From positions 1-49,233 of IMG/VR virus record IMGVR_UViG_3300024051_000005: a stretch of 49,233 nucleotides of DNA; one strand, 5' to 3'. Both the position numbers and the translations under genes were made by a program. This stretch comes from a virus. Lineage: Duplodnaviria > Caudoviricetes. Positions within the stretch are counted from its first letter, which is position 1, and each line of letters opens with the position of its first letter. The notes below the pieces were generated by a model. That model was not told the origin of the DNA and did not search any database. It worked only from the letters and a program-made list of their open reading frames with translations. This document shows, in pieces, positions 47,821-49,233 of this stretch.

Positions 47821-49125
47821 TATCGAACCTCCAAATGAGCTTCTAGTGGAATAAACACTGCACCATCAGGATAACCTTCTTCTAGATATACACAACCACT
47901 TTCAAGGTTTACATTCTTATCATCAGTTGCAATAATATAAGTTCCGTGATAAACATCCACGTAAACACTTCCTGCAATAAGATTCCTATAACTTACTTCT
48001 TGTTTCTCATTTTGTCGATCTGTTATTTTCATCATCTTCTCCTTTAAACATTAATTCGCATACAGTGAGGATAATTGCTGTAATAACAATAGCAACAATT
48101 CCTCCAATAATCAATTGTTCCCACAAACCAGAGAGAAGCATTTATTTCTTCTCTTCATGTTTCAAGCCAATCATAAACCCTACACGAATTGCATTCTCAA
48201 TTGCAAGCTCTACTTCGCACATACGATAGTTATATTGAATTTTACTAACAATAATTTCTTTCTGAGTTTTTATTTCTTTTTCAAATTCTTCAAAAGTCAT
48301 TATTTGTTCTCCTGTTTTTCTGGAATTGCAATTAGAACACATTTCTGTGAACGTGGCAAATCTTTTTGGCATTCTGTGATTTTAGATTCTTGTTCTTTGA
48401 GATATTCAAAGATTCCAGTAGAATTGACTGCAAGGGCCATGCACACCATAGCTACTATAGCTCCTGCAACAAGACCAAATGCCCAGCTTTGAATAGAATT
48501 CATCAGTCAATCCCTCCAATAGACAAATCATTTAACACAAATTCTTCTTCATACCAGAGGTCTTCAGGAATAGAATAATATACTTCAAGCACCTGTCGGC
48601 TGATATTGGTTAGCCCGCAATATAGGCGATTCTCATAAGCAGCTTGAATGATTTCGCTAGTACAGAGATTTGGAGAGTCAATTTGACATATGTTCATTTA
48701 CTTTCCTCCCTTAAGGATGTTAATAGCCGATTTAAGGTTTACAATAGGGGCACTCCATTCGTCAAGACCATAGAGACTTTCTCCATCATAACGACATTTA
48801 ACAAGACTATCACAAATATCATTTAGACGCCAGATCACATCATCAACAAGCTCTTCTACTTCATCTGCCCGATAAGCCCTGACAGTTTGTTTGTAACCAT
48901 ACTCATCCTCACCATCATCATAAAATTCTTCTTCAAGTTTCATTATTCTTTCTCCTTATTAGCTTGAGCTAGCTTTCTAATTTCTTCCATTCGTTCCAAC
49001 AAATCATTTGGAATTGGCTCAATGTAACCATCATTGAGTTCCTTGTCAAGAAGCTCTATAAATTTTTCTTCAATGATAGAAGGCTTATTGCTTTTATGCA
49101 TGTCACCAGCTACAGGATTTTTCAT
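47820..49125 (-). CDS. Cluster of small hypothetical ORFs (47820-48035, 48007-48141, 48142-48300, 48300-48503, 48503-48697, 48698-48943, 48943-49125)
   Basis: Coupled 44-81 aa ORFs; two with TM segments. Confidence 0.45.
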
Positions 49126-49233
49126 TTTAATTCCAAAATCTTTTCTACTTTACGGGCAAGCTTGAGGTCTAGGCCATGATTTTGTGTAGCATAATCGTAA
49201 ACATCTTTTAGAAGAATTTCAAGATGCTCTGCA
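49122..49233 (-). CDS. Partial hypothetical protein (3' end)
   Basis: Open frame ...KILELK* running off window edge. Confidence 0.4.
   Translation of the reverse strand, partial: AEHLEILLKDVYDYATQNHGLDLKLARKVEKILELK

Noticed and set aside
23574-48826. Plus-strand ORFs in the replication arm (e.g. 24790-25080, 44589-44954, 48115-48492)
   Set aside because: Antisense shadows of coupled minus-strand genes.
1-49233. Stop-codon reassignment (alternative genetic code)
   Set aside because: Long genes are intact in code 11; TGA, TAA and TAG all terminate genes; only two isolated in-frame stops of different types.
1-49233. tRNA genes, CRISPR arrays, integrase/att sites, DGR reverse transcriptase, cobalamin riboswitch before nrdJ
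   Set aside because: None recognisable; intergenic gaps are too short and nrdJ is only about 10 nt from the upstream gene.

Overview
A 49-kb segment of an AT-rich, lytic-type contractile-tailed dsDNA phage (myovirus) of a Gram-negative host; a SAR endolysin plus Rz/Rz1 spanins point to an outer membrane. The gene order is reminiscent of PAK_P1/Felix-O1-like phages (inference only). Positions 1-21.8 kb (+) hold capsid, neck, sheath/tube, a -1 frameshift tail chaperone, tape measure, baseplate, fibres (one with an SGNH esterase domain) and lysis genes. Positions 21.9-49.2 kb (-) hold replication and nucleotide-metabolism genes: primase-helicase, family-B DNA polymerase, SSB, exonuclease, class II NrdJ, ThyX, dUTPase, a HAD nucleotidase, a nucleoside deoxyribosyltransferase, Rnl2, a nucleotidyltransferase and many small ORFs. 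The most notable signal is two free-standing homing-endonuclease cassettes inside essential genes that appear to rescue them without an intron, by supplying a new RBS + TTG start. One splits the DNA polymerase into two polypeptides and itself carries one in-frame TGA. The other is an antisense HNH with its own sigma70 promoter, inserted right after codon 2 of the baseplate-J gene. No tRNA, rRNA, CRISPR or integrase was seen. All family calls are by motif recognition by eye; no database search was run.
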